DNA of 45,700 nucleotides, counting the filler, from Jimgerdemannia flammicorona (taxonomy: Eukaryota), in the NCBI GenBank assembly GCA_003990765.1. It is 2 parts of 2 records of this genome, joined end to end, with 100 filler letters (N's around TTAATTAATTAA, not from the genome) between each part and the next. Parts side by side here need not be neighbours in the genome. Positions count along the whole stretch, not along the records: positions 22,912 to 45,700 come from RBNJ01001203.1; 1 more part is not named here. One strand, 5' to 3'. Shown here piece after piece: positions 22,933 to 35,666 of this stretch (its first letter is position 1; every line of letters starts with the position of its first letter). Position numbers and translations under genes: made by a program. Below the pieces are notes generated by a model. It searched no databases, was not told where the DNA came from, and saw only the letters and a program-made list of their open reading frames with translations.

Positions 22933-25900
22933 GAGAGATACTGGAGTAAAATCTTGCATAGTGTAGAGGTACCATAGAAACTCTGGGATGAGATAATAGC
23001 AGTATTGTTGGAATCAGGTTTATGATGCCATAGAGGCAGCACTTCTGGCAATTGTAACTGATAGGGCTGATTATATATAGGGCCCAAGAAAAGGGCTAGC
23101 AAAGTGGTAGGTGGTATATAAGGAGTACTGTACAGAGTTGATAGCTGTGGACAGTTTGGATTATCAGGAGATCTTGGAGGCTTTGAAGGCCCAACAGAGA
23201 GAGACAGATGAATTGAAGGCTGAGAGGAATTTGGATATTGCTGGGGATGTAGTGAGTATAGAACTATAGAGTAATGGCTGTACTTTAAACAATATTATTC
23301 AAAATGAACAGTACAATCAAAATCTTATCTCTGAATGTCAATGGGCTTTGAGGGGTAGTGAGGCAGTGAAATATCTTTAGATGGCTGAAGGAGACAGAAG
23401 CTGATTTGTTCTTACTACAGGATGTTGGGTGTGATTGAGATCTGGATAGTAAGAACTGAACAAAGACAATGGGGGGTATAGCTGTTTGCCAAGAATGTGG
23501 GGGCATTCTGATTAGGAAGGACAGAGGGGACTTGGGAAAAATTGGACATTGGGGGAGCAGGGTAGTGTGAGGAGTTTGAAAGAGGCCAGGCTGGAGGCCA
23601 TTGATAATTAGATCATATTATTACCCAGCAGAGAGAGAGGAGAGAGTGGAATGAATCTTAGAGCTATGAGAGTCTGGAGCATTGGTGGAGGCAGAGATTG
23701 ATTGTCTAGGGGAGAACTTTAAAATAATATATGATGGAAAGATAGACAGAACTGAGAGTAGGAAGATGATAGGTAAGTGGGGGTATAGAAGCCTGGGAGG
23801 AAGTCGAACATATGAGCTCTTTAGTGGATGCTGGGAGGCTTGGGTGGGGGGATCATAGGGTCTTTATCCACTGGGTGGCAGGGCTAGGCTCAAAGATTAA
23901 CTGAATACTGACTGCAGACTACTGGGGAGCTGATACATATCTGGAGGTCATTGGAGACTATTTGGTATCTATGGTAGGATCACTGGGGTCCTTTAGATGG
24001 GGGGTATTTTGAGAGAGATAGGGAGGGGCCTGGACATTGGCAACTGAATACTTCTTTGCTAGGAGAGGCATCTCTATAGAAGGTATGGGTGATAGTTATT
24101 AGCTTTAGGATTCTTGATTAGAGAGTGATGGGACTGGGAATTGGGAATTGCTGAGTATGATTGAAATCTGAGACACAATAGTACTAGGGGGAGGCAGGGA
24201 GGATATGGAGTACTCAGAGGAGGAAGTAAATGAGGTGGGTCTCCCAGAGGTTGGAAATATTGTTGGCTCTTAGGTGGTTCTGATAAATGAAGGAAAGAAG
24301 GGGGATTGGTATATATAGTGGGCCAGGCTAGAGGTGGAGGAGCTGAAGGGCATTCTATGGCAGGAGGAGGATATACAGATCAAGAGCATGGTGGCCAGAC
24401 TGCTGTTGTAGGGATTGGAGGAGGGGGAATGGCCTACCAAGTTTTTGTCAGAGCTGTTATAGGTGAGGAGAGTTTGGTAGTAGTGGGAGGGAATATTGAA
24501 TGAGACCAGGGAGTTGGTGGTTGAGATACTAGAGATTCTGGACCAGTTGAGCAAATAGTGGAGATATTTATAGAGTAAGAAGGATAGAGGGGAGGGGGGG
24601 TTGGACATTGACAGATACTTGGAGAAATGGCACTCTGATCTGATAGCAGGCTTAGACAATCTTGGGGCTACTGCCCAGGGGGAGGAGATTCAGTAGATCC
24701 TGCTAATAATAAGCTCTGAGACTATACCAGGAGAGGATGGCTTACAGTGGGACTTCTGCAAAAGGATAGCAGGAGTTAGGTTGGCCCTGGAGAAAATGAC
24801 AGCAATGTGTAATAAAGTGATAGACTCTGGAATATAAATTGGAGGGCAGAGCTTGGATCTTCTGGCTCTGCTGTTTATGAATAAGGGGAGGAGGAAGGAG
24901 TGGAAGAACTGGAGGCTGATCATACTTCTGGATTTGAATCACAAACTGATTACAAAATACTAGTAACTAGGCTGCAGAGGGTGGCCCAACAGGTTCTGAG
25001 AGCCAAGTAGTGAGAGTTTGTTGGGGGACATCTGATCAGAGATGGGATAGCCTGAGTACAAGTATATAGTATCATTGAGAGTACTTGCTCTGCTGGAGTA
25101 GATGGACAACTATATTTTCTGAACCAAAAGAAGGCCTATAACAGGGTTTGATGAGTGTGGTTAGAGAGGGTGCTAAAGTATATTAGAGTTCCCCATAGGG
25201 TCAGATGGGCCTTGGTCAGTCTGCTGGAAGGGAGTTGGGCAGCAATTATAGTAAATGGGCACAGAGGGGTTGTATTCTCTCTAGGCAGGAGAGTGCTACA
25301 AGGGGATCCACTGTTACCAATTCTGTATACATATACTGTCCCTGGAGCCACTTTTGGATATAATATGGTGAAAGATGGGAGGGTTGAATATTCTAAGAGT
25401 TAATTTGGAAGGTGAGGGCCTTCACTAATGATATGGTGATCAGGCTGGGGTCAGTTACTGATGTTGTGAAATATAGAGGAGTATGAGGGGTGTTCAGGTG
25501 CCAAGCTCAACTGGTATAAGTGTGAAACTTTGGTACTGGGGAGAGAGATAGTAGGTGTGGATGTGATTGGAACAATTGTCTCAGTGGGAGAGACTATTTA
25601 CCATCTGGAGATTTACTTTTCAATATATAGCTCCTTACTGCCATGTAAGTAGTGAGAGTAGAGATTGGCTGAGTAGGGTAACACTCTCTAGTAGTAGAGT
25701 GGTCACTATATTTCTCTTGCAAAAAGGGTCACAGTATTGAATATCTACTGACTACCTAAGCTATAGTATCTTGGGTACCACTTGGACTTTCCAGTATAGG
25801 TGGTCAAGTGACCACTGAAGATGGTCAGAACCTGGATATAGGTAGAGTGATGGAGTTACATTGGTTGGGAGATATTAACCTAGCTGGTGGACTGGGGAGG

Positions 25901-26970
25901 CCTGGGTCTGGTGGATTTTCCCAAGTATCTTTATTGCTTGAGAGTATGGTGGCTAAGGCAAGTGAGTGAGTTGAGGTGCAGAGAGTGGGTTCTCCTCATA
26001 CAGAGGTTGTGAGAAGCCCAATTCTCCCCTGGGGGTATGACTGGGGAACTTCTTTCTCTAGTAGCTTTGGAGGAGAGTCAGAGGATATAGTATAGGAGAT
26101 TCTGGTGGGGGGTGGCTGATGGGACATATCATATTTGTCTCTGATAGCAGTGTGATGAGATAGAGGAGAAATGGGGACCTTGGATATAGAGGTGAGACAG
26201 CCTTCTATTGGGCAGGATGTTAGTGGATAATTTCTGCTTAGAGGATAGTATGGAGTATCTCCAGGAATAGTATTTGGCAGTGGAGTAAGCAGATGGTAAA
26301 TTAGATTCCCCTCAAGTTCTGGGTGATATAAAGGCAAGTTTTATAGTATAATGTTATGTTGAACTACTAGATGGGCCACTTGGTAGAAGGGAGTACCTAG
26401 GAGTATCAGAATGTCAGGCAGGAGGGAGAGGTGATACAGATCTCTAAATTAGTATGAGATGATGGAGGACTTTTGAAGAGAGATTGAGATATAGCTAGAG
26501 GTGTACTCACCAGGATTAGCAGCTAGAGAGAGGTAGAGTGATCTTCAGAGGAGGCTGGTTCGGGGGTTTGGAGATAAGTGGCTGATATTAGAATGAGTGC
26601 TAGTAATTTGGATCAGAATAACAAGATATTGGCTTTTTGTTTTTGAGGAAGGTCAATAGTTGATATTGGAGATATAAATAGCTAGATAGGAGTTGCTGAC
26701 AATGGATATGTTAAATGGGTGGTGGAGGGGTGGGAGTGCTAGTGGGGGAGTATTGAAGGCAATTGGGGAAGATAATTTATTGGAAGAGTGAGAGAAGAAA
26801 TGGAGTGGTAGGGGGGTTGGCAGTGTTTCAGAGAAATAGTGAGAGAGAGAGAGATTCTCCAAGAAGGATTGGGTGAGGAGCATGTTTATATTAGTAGTAT
26901 ATCATAGATAGTTTGGTAATAAAGTAGAAGTCCATGTAACTATATATAAAAATAAAGATAAAAAAAAAAA
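22933..26970 (+). mobile_element. L1/Tx1-like LINE B (end of ORF1, ORF2, poly(A) tail), decayed
   Basis: ORF2 ATG at 23304: MNSTIKILSLNVNGL..DLFLLQD; KEWKNWRLIILLD, VLQGDPLLP. AATAAA at ~26951 and A-tail at 26960-26970. Confidence 0.92.
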
Positions 26971-26971
26971 T

Positions 26972-27338
26972 AAGAGGTCTATTCTTTATAAAAGTGAACT
27001 TATCCATATATAGAGAGAGATTTAAATGTAAATTTGGAAAACACTTTTATATTGATGAAAATATTGATATAAGTACCAGTACTAATGTAAGCTATATACT
27101 GAGTACTTATATATATAGTAAAGAAGTTTGGCTCATAGATTCTAGTGCAATATAGTATATATATATGTATATATAATAGTATATCATGAGTAGTACTCTA
27201 TATATAGAAGTTTGAGCAATAAAACTAGATGATAATAATATTATCTATACCCAAGACAAGAATAATATATATCAGCATATATTTTTACTAGAAAATTGAC
27301 AAACCCTCAGGCATCTTTGTAAACATACTATGTATATA
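26972..27338 (+). mobile_element. Ty1/Copia fragment (protease region)
   Basis: EVWLIDSSA; matches the reverse complement of ~33400-33720. Confidence 0.75.
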
Positions 27339-27791
27339 TATAATGGTTCTAGTTTTCTAATGAAGAAGTAGCTAAGTAGTAAGTCTAAAGTAGCTCAAAG
27401 AGATACTTGTAGATTCTAGTATTCTCCAAGAAATTCTGAGAGAAAATATTCTGAGCTTTATTCTAGTAGAGAATAAGGATATTTATATATGATCTAAAAG
27501 AAAGATCTGGAAGAATTACAGAAAAGATGAAAAAAGTCAAGAAATAAGTTCTTAGCAAGATGACTAATAGAATTCCATAATGTTTCAAAAGGTTCTATAC
27601 TCAGCTATAATAAGATACTTAGTATCAAGAAAAGATAAGAATGTTCTAATAGTGTATTAGTAGCAAGAGAAGGATTCTAGGCATTCAGAAGATACTGGAA
27701 CATAGTTGGATATTCAAGAAAATATAAGAAAAGACAAGAGAAAAAGAAGCAAAAAATACTAAGATTAAAGTATAACCGTAAAATTATTACA
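27339..27791 (-). repeat. Probable 3' LTR of the chromovirus
   Basis: Starts TGTAAT right after the PPT; the distal end is inferred where Copia homology stops (TATAAT at 27339). Confidence 0.55.
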
Positions 27792-28119
27792 TCTCTCTCT
27801 CCTTAAGAACTAATGTTCTCATTGAGTTCTTAAGTAATATAGGACTAAATATACTTAACAAAAATTTCTCAAACTTATAACAGTGCATTGACAGAGACTG
27901 GTTATCCTCATATAGAGTAGAGGGCCAATTACTAGACTAACTAACTAGGAGGGATTCAAATATAGCTAATAGTTTCATTTCTATGAACTTCTTGTTCACT
28001 ATGTTCTGCTAGTTCTGGGGTCCCAAAGTAAACTTCCAATGTTTAAGGCACTGGTTATTACTATAAATTGTCTACAATCTAAGAAAGTCATTATTGGAAT
28101 TAGATAATATATTTTGCCT

Positions 28120-28275
28120 CAATATCTTGAACTGGGGCTTAAGATTTTTTAAGGTTAATCAGTAGTTCTCAGGTAGTATCATATTTGGGATAGTATATCT
28201 ACTTAACTAGATATTTAGAACAGCAGTAGTGGATTTGCTTGTCAAGGATTTTCTTGACCTCATACTCAATATGAT
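28120..28275 (-). pseudogene. Integrase C-terminal chromodomain
   Basis: EYEVKKILDK....KYLVK*..YP..DTT*E...NL, with W codons decayed to stops. Confidence 0.85.
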
Positions 28276-29209
28276 CTCAATGATCACAGAGACAGATGGC
28301 TTGAGAATATATCCAGGATAGAGTAGTGACTGATTCAAGGTCTTGAAGTATGATACATGAAAGACTGAATATACTCTCATGGTTTCAGATAGCTTGAGAT
28401 AATAGGAGAATACAGAAACTTATTCAGTAATCTCAAAGGGTTCAATATACAGTAACATGCCTGGCTCAATGGAGGCAAATTACAAGGTTGGGGGTTGATG
28501 TAGTTTGGCTTGAGCCCCCAGTTACTTTGTCAAAAAGCAACAAATTGTTCTGAGATTCCTGAGGTCTTTGGTGTTTAGTGGTATAATAGTCAAAGATGGA
28601 TATCTTTGAGCGATTTCCTTATTGGGACGGTTCTCTGAGTATAGTGGCGATTTGTGTGTGAATGGATTTCCTTCTTAGGTCAACTGGGAATTGGTAGAAA
28701 TTCGTGTGTAGCGCGATCTCCAAAAGTATGCAATTTCTGCGTGACAATCTCTGTGTAGCGCGGGTTCCTTATCTGGTAATTTGGTGGATAACTTGATTTG
28801 GCGCGGTTTCTCCTTACTGGGAATAATACTGATGGCGGCGGATGACTTCAATAACATGGGCTACTGGGAACAGATGAATAACTCGGATGGCGCGGATAAC
28901 TCCGGTAACTCGGATGTCGCGGATTCTTCCTGAATCGGCAGGCTTCTGGGAATAATAACTCGGCGGTTCTTCTGGGAATAGCGGATAACTCAGATGTCAC
29001 GGCTTCAACTGGGAAATGTAACAGGCAGCTTTTGGGAAAGGGTCTTTTGGCAAAGTTGCGTCAAAGACTGGCTTCGTTTGCGCGAATGGATTCACTGCAA
29101 AGTTGCGTCAGAAACTGGCTTGAGCAAGGTAGGCTTTCTGGGAATGCAGATAACTTGGAAACGGCGGATGACGCGGATTCTTCCTGAATCAGTGGCTTCA
29201 ACTGGGAAA

Positions 29210-29431
29210 TAACTCGGATTCTTCAGGCTTATCTGGCAAGCGAACCAATAATGTAGCTTATTCCTTAAGCGGTGGGTTTCTTCAAAAGGCGGCGAAGTTT
29301 TTCCTTGAACTTGGTGGTAAACTCGGATCCTTCAGGCTTATCTGGCAAGCGAACCAATAGCGCTACTTATTCCTTAAGCGGCGGATTTCTCTTCAAAAGG
29401 CGGCGAAGTTCTTTACTCGAACTTGGTGGCA
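29210..29431. repeat. Two ~110-bp tandem repeats in the solo-LTR U5
   Basis: AACTCGGAT.CTTCAGGCTTATCTGGCAAGCGAACCAATA...CTTCAAAAGGCGGCGAAGTT..AACTTGGTGG occurs twice. Confidence 0.9.
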
Positions 29432-29650
29432 AAATCAGCTTTGTAGGAAAGTGGACTGGAGTGGGGAAATAAGCTCACAATCTCATAGCAGTGGCTGTAG
29501 AGTTCCTCTCGAAGTGTGGTGGGCAGACTTGTCTTTTGCTTTGAATTTCGGACTGAGGTTTATTCACTCTTGTCTCTGAGGTATTTTATACAAGTTGGTT
29601 GCTATCTGGTTGCTATGTGGCTAACTATAGATTTGCTACTTATGGCAAGT

Positions 29651-29705
29651 TGTGCAGGTCCAGCACAAGTGTGCAGGTCTAGCACAGGTGTGCAGGTCCT
29701 GCACA
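29651..29705. repeat. Three 19-bp palindromic tandem repeats in the solo-LTR U3
   Basis: TGTGCAGGTC(C/T)(A/T)GCACA at 29651, 29670 and 29689; the third is a perfect 8-1-8 inverted repeat. Confidence 0.9.
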
Positions 29706-29914
29706 GATATACCTTTTCTGATAGTCTGGCTATTTATATACTTTTCTGCAGCAATAGTTGCTGTGTCTGGTTACTATGCTGTATGTTCACATTATCTGGC
29801 TAAGTTACTAATTGTTCATATCATCTGGCTAAGGTATAATTTGGGTGGTATGTTTTAGGTATATCACAATACTTAGGTTGAAACTTAATTTGATAGATAG
29901 TTGACTTGAGATTA

Positions 29915-32900
29915 TATTGTAGAATACTTGGAAGAGTGGATAGGAGGGATATTGTTTATTGATGCTAACTTATGTACTTTTATATATATTGATGATATTT
30001 ATATAATAACATAGTTAGAGTTAGGTTATGCTACTATATATTAAGTTATTATAATTAAGATATTTCAATACTTCTGCTCAATGAGATATATCCAGAATAT
30101 GCAGAAATAATAAATAAAAGACTAACTAAATACAACCAACTAGTTGCTATTTAGATGATCAGAAAAGGTCAAAATTTCCTACTTATAAGTATGGAAATAG
30201 ATCAGAAATATAGTGAAAGACTAGAAATATAGATTCAGAATAATGGAATATAAGTAATGTTGAGAAAAATATAAGTAAGATATGCAGGAATATAGAAATA
30301 TATATATAAGATGAAGTGGAAGGCTTTTAGAACTCAGAAATATTCCATGATTTCTATCTAAATACTTGAATATTAATTAATAGTATATAGTTCCTATTGA
30401 TATAGAGTTATCTATTGTAGAATTACTTGTGAGTTCCATTCCTTATATATATATGTCAAACTTTGTCTTTAAAAGAACTTCAGTTAATAAATCTGCTATC
30501 ATATACTGCATTGGGGTATATTCTATATATATAGCACAGTTTTCTATATATTCTTATATAAAATAATACTGTATATCAATATGCTTCATTTTAGTATAAT
30601 GTATAGAGTTCTTTGCCATAGCAATCATAGACTGATTGTTTTGTTGGAATAGTATAGAGTGCTGTTGATCATATCTCAATTACTTTTGCAGTTTCCAAAG
30701 CTATATATATAGCTTTCTTTATTACCATAGATAATACTTAATACTCAACTTATATAGATGATGTTGCCATCAAAGATTGCTTATATATTTGCTATAAAAT
30801 GACAGATTTTAAAGAGGTATCCAGTTATAGAGTACTGATTATTGAGATCTCTGACCCAGTCTACATCATATGTATTGGATAGCCTTATAGTACTTCCATT
30901 TGATCCATTATTATTACTTAAATATAATATATAGTATACTGTACTTTAATATATCTAAAGATATACTTGATTATCATCCAATGTAAATTATCATAGCAGG
31001 ATGAGTACTATACACCTTGTTGACTGCATATGATATATCAAACCTCATCTTGAGTATAAGATATATGAGGGATTCCATAGCTTATTGATAGAGAATATTA
31101 TTATCTTTAGGTATAGTACTGGACTTCTTCAGCTTTACAGATATCTTTATAAGTATTCTATTAGAGTTATATTTACTTATGCTGAATTATTTAAGCATAG
31201 TTCAAATATATAATTTATAATAGGTATATAGTGTTCTTGTATCTATCACATATGATTGATATTTTAAGAAAATAGGACATATTGCCCATCTCTATCATTT
31301 TGAATTCCTGGTATAGTATCACCTTTACATTATTAATCTCACTTATTATTCCTATCAAAATGATATCATTGATTCAAATTTCTAGGTATACTATTTCTAA
31401 GAATATATCTCAGGTATATATTTATAGATCAGGCTTGCAATACATTAATCTATTGCCTATAAGATATTTGTTGATTTTCGATTTCACAGCCTTGCCACTT
31501 ATTTGATACCATAATAACTCTTATATAATTTACATATGGGCTCCTTTTGCTATTGTTATATAGTACATATATATCTTTATAATTAGTGAATATATAGTTC
31601 TGTATCTATATTACCATTAAAGAAGACTGTTTTAATATCTATTTGGTGGATTTTATAGTTATGTGTAGCTCTAATTATAAGAAGTATTCTAAGCTAAGTA
31701 AGCTTGAATATTAGAAAAAAAGTCTCATCATAATCTATACCATATTCTTGTAAATACTCCTTTGCTATAAATCAGACCTTATACTGCTCTATATTACAAT
31801 TGCTATTATACTTAATTATATATACTCATCAGGATCCTATTGCTTGTTAATTTGCTAGAAGAGAGACTAGATCCTAGGTGTCATTCTCAATGAGTGAATT
31901 GTATTCCTCATCTATAGCCTTTTTCCATTCTTTCTTATTATCTAAATGTATGGCTTTATTATGGTTTACTGGTTTACTAGTTATTATAATATAAGCATAC
32001 TTATAAGTATAGTTCATATGATATATATTATTATAATGGAATTTCTTAGACTTATTCCAATAACCTTCTAAATCTACTTCTACCTTATTATATAATCTAG
32101 ATTTGCATTTTTTCTTACTTTTCAGAGAGGTATCCCCATCATCATCCTCATCTATAATTTTTATAATTCTTGGCTCTGATAGCCTCATTGACATGGGTAT
32201 AGATTGCACTAGAGCTGATATAGTTTCACTAGTTATACTATTAGGTTGAATGAGATAGAAACTTCCATATAAATTTCCTACTTAGTTTTCTTAAATTGAA
32301 TACTATATAAGATGATGATATAATATTTCTGTGGATTTCACTATCTATTACTACTTTGTCATATCTAAGGAATATATACTTATCTGCTTTAGGCTCAAAT
32401 TTGCCTCTATTGTTACCCTTATCTAAGATATAAGCCTCAGTTCTGAATATCTATAGAGTGAAATATCTAACTTAGATCTGCTCTATAATTCTTCAGAGGT
32501 TAAATTACTATCATTTCTGAATTATTGATTATTATTATCAGATTTACCAGATCTGCTGGAGTCTTTACTTAAAGCTCAAGAAATATAATGATTTCAAGTA
32601 TATACTACTATATTTACTTCTTGTGCCCAGAAGGAGTATAGAAAGCCAGCCATATTTATTATTATTCAAGCTATCTCTACTACTATTTAATTGAAGTACT
32701 CTACTATACCATTCTGCTCAGATATAGAAGGCTATTATAGAGTATTGGATACTATACTTCTTTAAGAAGTATCTGAAGGCTTTGTTGATATATATATTTC
32801 TTACCATTATCTGAAGTAGGGTCTGTATCTTCTATCTTATTTTATTCTCCATAGTTGCCTTGAATTTTCAGAATTTTTTGAATATCTATAAGGAAGTATA

Positions 32901-34868
32901 TACAAGTATAATTATCAATAAAAGTAATAAAATACTTCTTCTAAGAGTGTATTGCCATTTAAATAGGGCTGGAGATATCCATATATATCATATTGAGAAT
33001 ACTGGTTGCTCATTTTGTCCATTCCTAAAAAGGTTACTGAGAAGTCTTATTTGCTATATATCTATTATAAAAGCTAAAGTCCTGTGATATATAGTTTAGT
33101 AATCTATATCTAGATTTACTCATTATTATTTGTTCCAAGCTCATCTTGCTGATGTGTCTTAAGTATTTATGCCATATATATCAGAGATTCTCTCCAGTCA
33201 TAGCAGAATATGCAAATGATGTATCACTCAGTATACTGTTGATTGTATATAGGTTCTCCTTTTTTGAAAAATATTTTAACTCCTTATTATTCTTTATATT
33301 GATTACTATTATAGTTTTCAGTAATATATACTCCTTTATCTTCTCAAGCCATTATTCAGCTAATTGAGAAGAGGTTCTTACTAATATCTAAAGTATAAAA
33401 TATATTCACAAAGGTGCCTGAGTGTTCATTGACTTTTTCATATAAATGTATACTGATATTTCCTTTGTCTTGAGCATAAATGACGTTATTGTTACCTAGT
33501 TTAATAAGTACAGAATGCTCAAATTTCTCATATATAGAGAACTACTCATAGTGAGCTATCATATATTACATTGTACTGAAATCTATGAGCCAAACTTCTT
33601 TGCTATATATAGGTACTCAGTATATAGCTTACATTCATACTAGTGCTTATGTCTATCTTTTCTATTCCTATGACTCTTTCTGATATAGATAGGTCACTTC
33701 TTCTACAAAAAACAGACCTCTGTAGTTTTTACTGTTTTCATTATTGCTTTTGTTGGTATCTATGATATTCATCTGCCATTGTCCATATTTCTCACCTTGA
33801 CCACTCTTTTTCTTTTTCTTATAGTTGCAATCTTGCTCATAATGTTCAGTAGAAGTATTTACTATCAAATTTTATACATTACTGGTCTTGACTTCATCCT
33901 TTGCTTGGCTTGCCTTTGCCTCATCTATATGCTCCATAGAAAACTTTTTCATCACTATCATTGATGTCACTGCCACCTAGTCTTGATTCCTTATTTAAAA
34001 GGCTTGTAATAATATACATGTAGTCTGATAGTTTACTGGATTCTCTGATAGTAGTAGTAACTACATTATATGTTTGAGAAATCTATATATAAGAACCAGA
34101 ATCTTGTCATTATTCTTGATGAGTTCTGCTAGTATAGAAAGAGAATTTATTTGATTTGTCAGATCATTGACATAGTTGGCATAATCTCAGATACTCTCTT
34201 TGAACTTTATTTAGAGATTAAACAGTTATACTTTCAGATAGAATCTGTTAGAAATGAATGTCTACTGGTGGTGATTGCATAAGATCTCCCAGGCTTCATT
34301 CACTATCATAGCATTAATGATGAGTTTCATTTGTATATTCAAAAGAGTAAATGTAATCTCTCTTAGCATTCTGCAATCCTTTGTAGCTTTGTATACTATT
34401 ACTTATACCTGTAGTGTCCAGTAGATCTCCAAACTGTATTCTTCACAGAGATTCTTCATATGATATACCAATATTGCATAATATTTACCATTATAGACAG
34501 AAATCATCCTCTTTATCATTATTGATATTACTACAGTTATGACCATCATATTAGACATACTGATACTATCAGTTCCTATTTTAGGTCCCATTCTACTTAT
34601 ATTACTTAGACTTGGCATGCTGCTTATACTATTGGTATTGACTGATATATAGTATAGTATAGTATATATATTAGAGGTATATATTAGTTATCAACTTTTA
34701 CTAATAGTGTTCATAACCTTTTATTGTAGAATACTTAGAAGAGTGGAAAGGAGGGGCATTGTTTATTGATATTAACTTATATACTTGATGATATTTATAT
34801 GATAATATGTATAGTCAAGAAGGCTGTACTATTATATATTAAGTTGCAATAACTAAGATATTTTAACA
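29915..34868 (-). mobile_element. Full-length Ty1/Copia LTR retrotransposon, heavily decayed
   Basis: LTRs at 29915-30070 and 34722-34868 (decayed TGTTG..CAACA termini), 5-bp TSD GATTA, PBS-like GGTTATGAACAC. Order gag-PR(WLID)-IN-RT(WKKAIDEEYNSLIENDT)-RH(HIDIQYYFI, ADLLT). Confidence 0.93.
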
Positions 34869-35666
34869 GATTATATCTTGAGATTCTCAGTAGATAGTAG
34901 GACTTAATCATCAATAGTATAGATGACATCATAGTATTTCTTATCAGTATACTTGGCTTAATGCTTTTGGGCCTTTGGAAGGTTTATAATAGCATTCTTG
35001 ATTAGTTTGTCTATTTTGTCTATAAGGTTCTTAATAGTAGAAACTTAAATTTGACTATTTTTCTTAAAAGGAACTAGACTTGCAGAGATCTTGAGATCTT
35101 GACTGTAGAGGAGCCAAAAGGGAGAGAGGATATTAGAAAGTGTTGTTATATATAAATTCTATATATATCAAGTAATGGTCTCAATTATCTTACTTATAAA
35201 AAATATAGTTTCTGAGTATTTGTTCTGGAGTTCTGTCCATGCACTCAGTTTGTCCACTATAGGTGAAAGGCAGTAGACATAGCCTTCAGTTTCCAGAGTC
35301 TTGAAGAGAGTTTGCCAAAAGTGACTGATGAACTTAGAGTCATGATCACTGACAATTACTCATGGTAGGCTATATGATAGAAGATAAACTTGAAGAAGAT
35401 TCTTACAATCTCAGGTATAGTAGCATTAGTAGGAATTGGTTAAGCAACCATAGTCTTTATCAGATGGTCAATAAATATAATGATAGCATCAGAACCAGAT
35501 TGAGTTTGTGGTAGTTAAGTTATAAAGTCTATAGTAACTTACTCAAATTTCTTAGTTGGAATTGGTATTAGTTGTATCACTTAGTTAGTAGACTTGTTGT
35601 ACTGACAGAAGTTATAGCTAGCAATATAGTTCTTAATTTCCTCACTCTAAAATCAATAATATAACA

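Larger units (their letters stand above)
28451..29868 (-). mobile_element. Solo LTR of Gypsy family G3 (1418 bp)
   Basis: 4-bp TSD ATAC at 28447-28450 and 29869-29872. Homologous, inverted, to 36730-37884. TATAAAA at 29590-29584 and AATAAA at 29564-29559. Confidence 0.9.
27339..35666 (-). mobile_element. Chromovirus-type Gypsy, 3' part (integrase, chromodomain, 3' LTR), split by two insertions
   Basis: Integrase core SLP*VIVSDHDSKFISHFWQTL at 34874-35666. FQPKY|IEPF is rejoined across the solo LTR. VFHVS and chromodomain at 28110-28446. PPT AAGGAGAGAGAGA at 27804-27792, then TGTAAT at 27791. Confidence 0.85.

Noticed and set aside
28505..28521. TGGGGGCTCAA on the minus strand as a PBS marking the G3 LTR end
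   Set aside because: Homology with the sister LTR continues for a further ~55 bp, and the ATAC TSD fixes the end at 28451.
28675..29858. Short ORFs in the CpG-rich solo LTR as a host gene
   Set aside because: They derive from U5/U3 tandem repeats, show no protein motif and are not preserved in the sister LTR.
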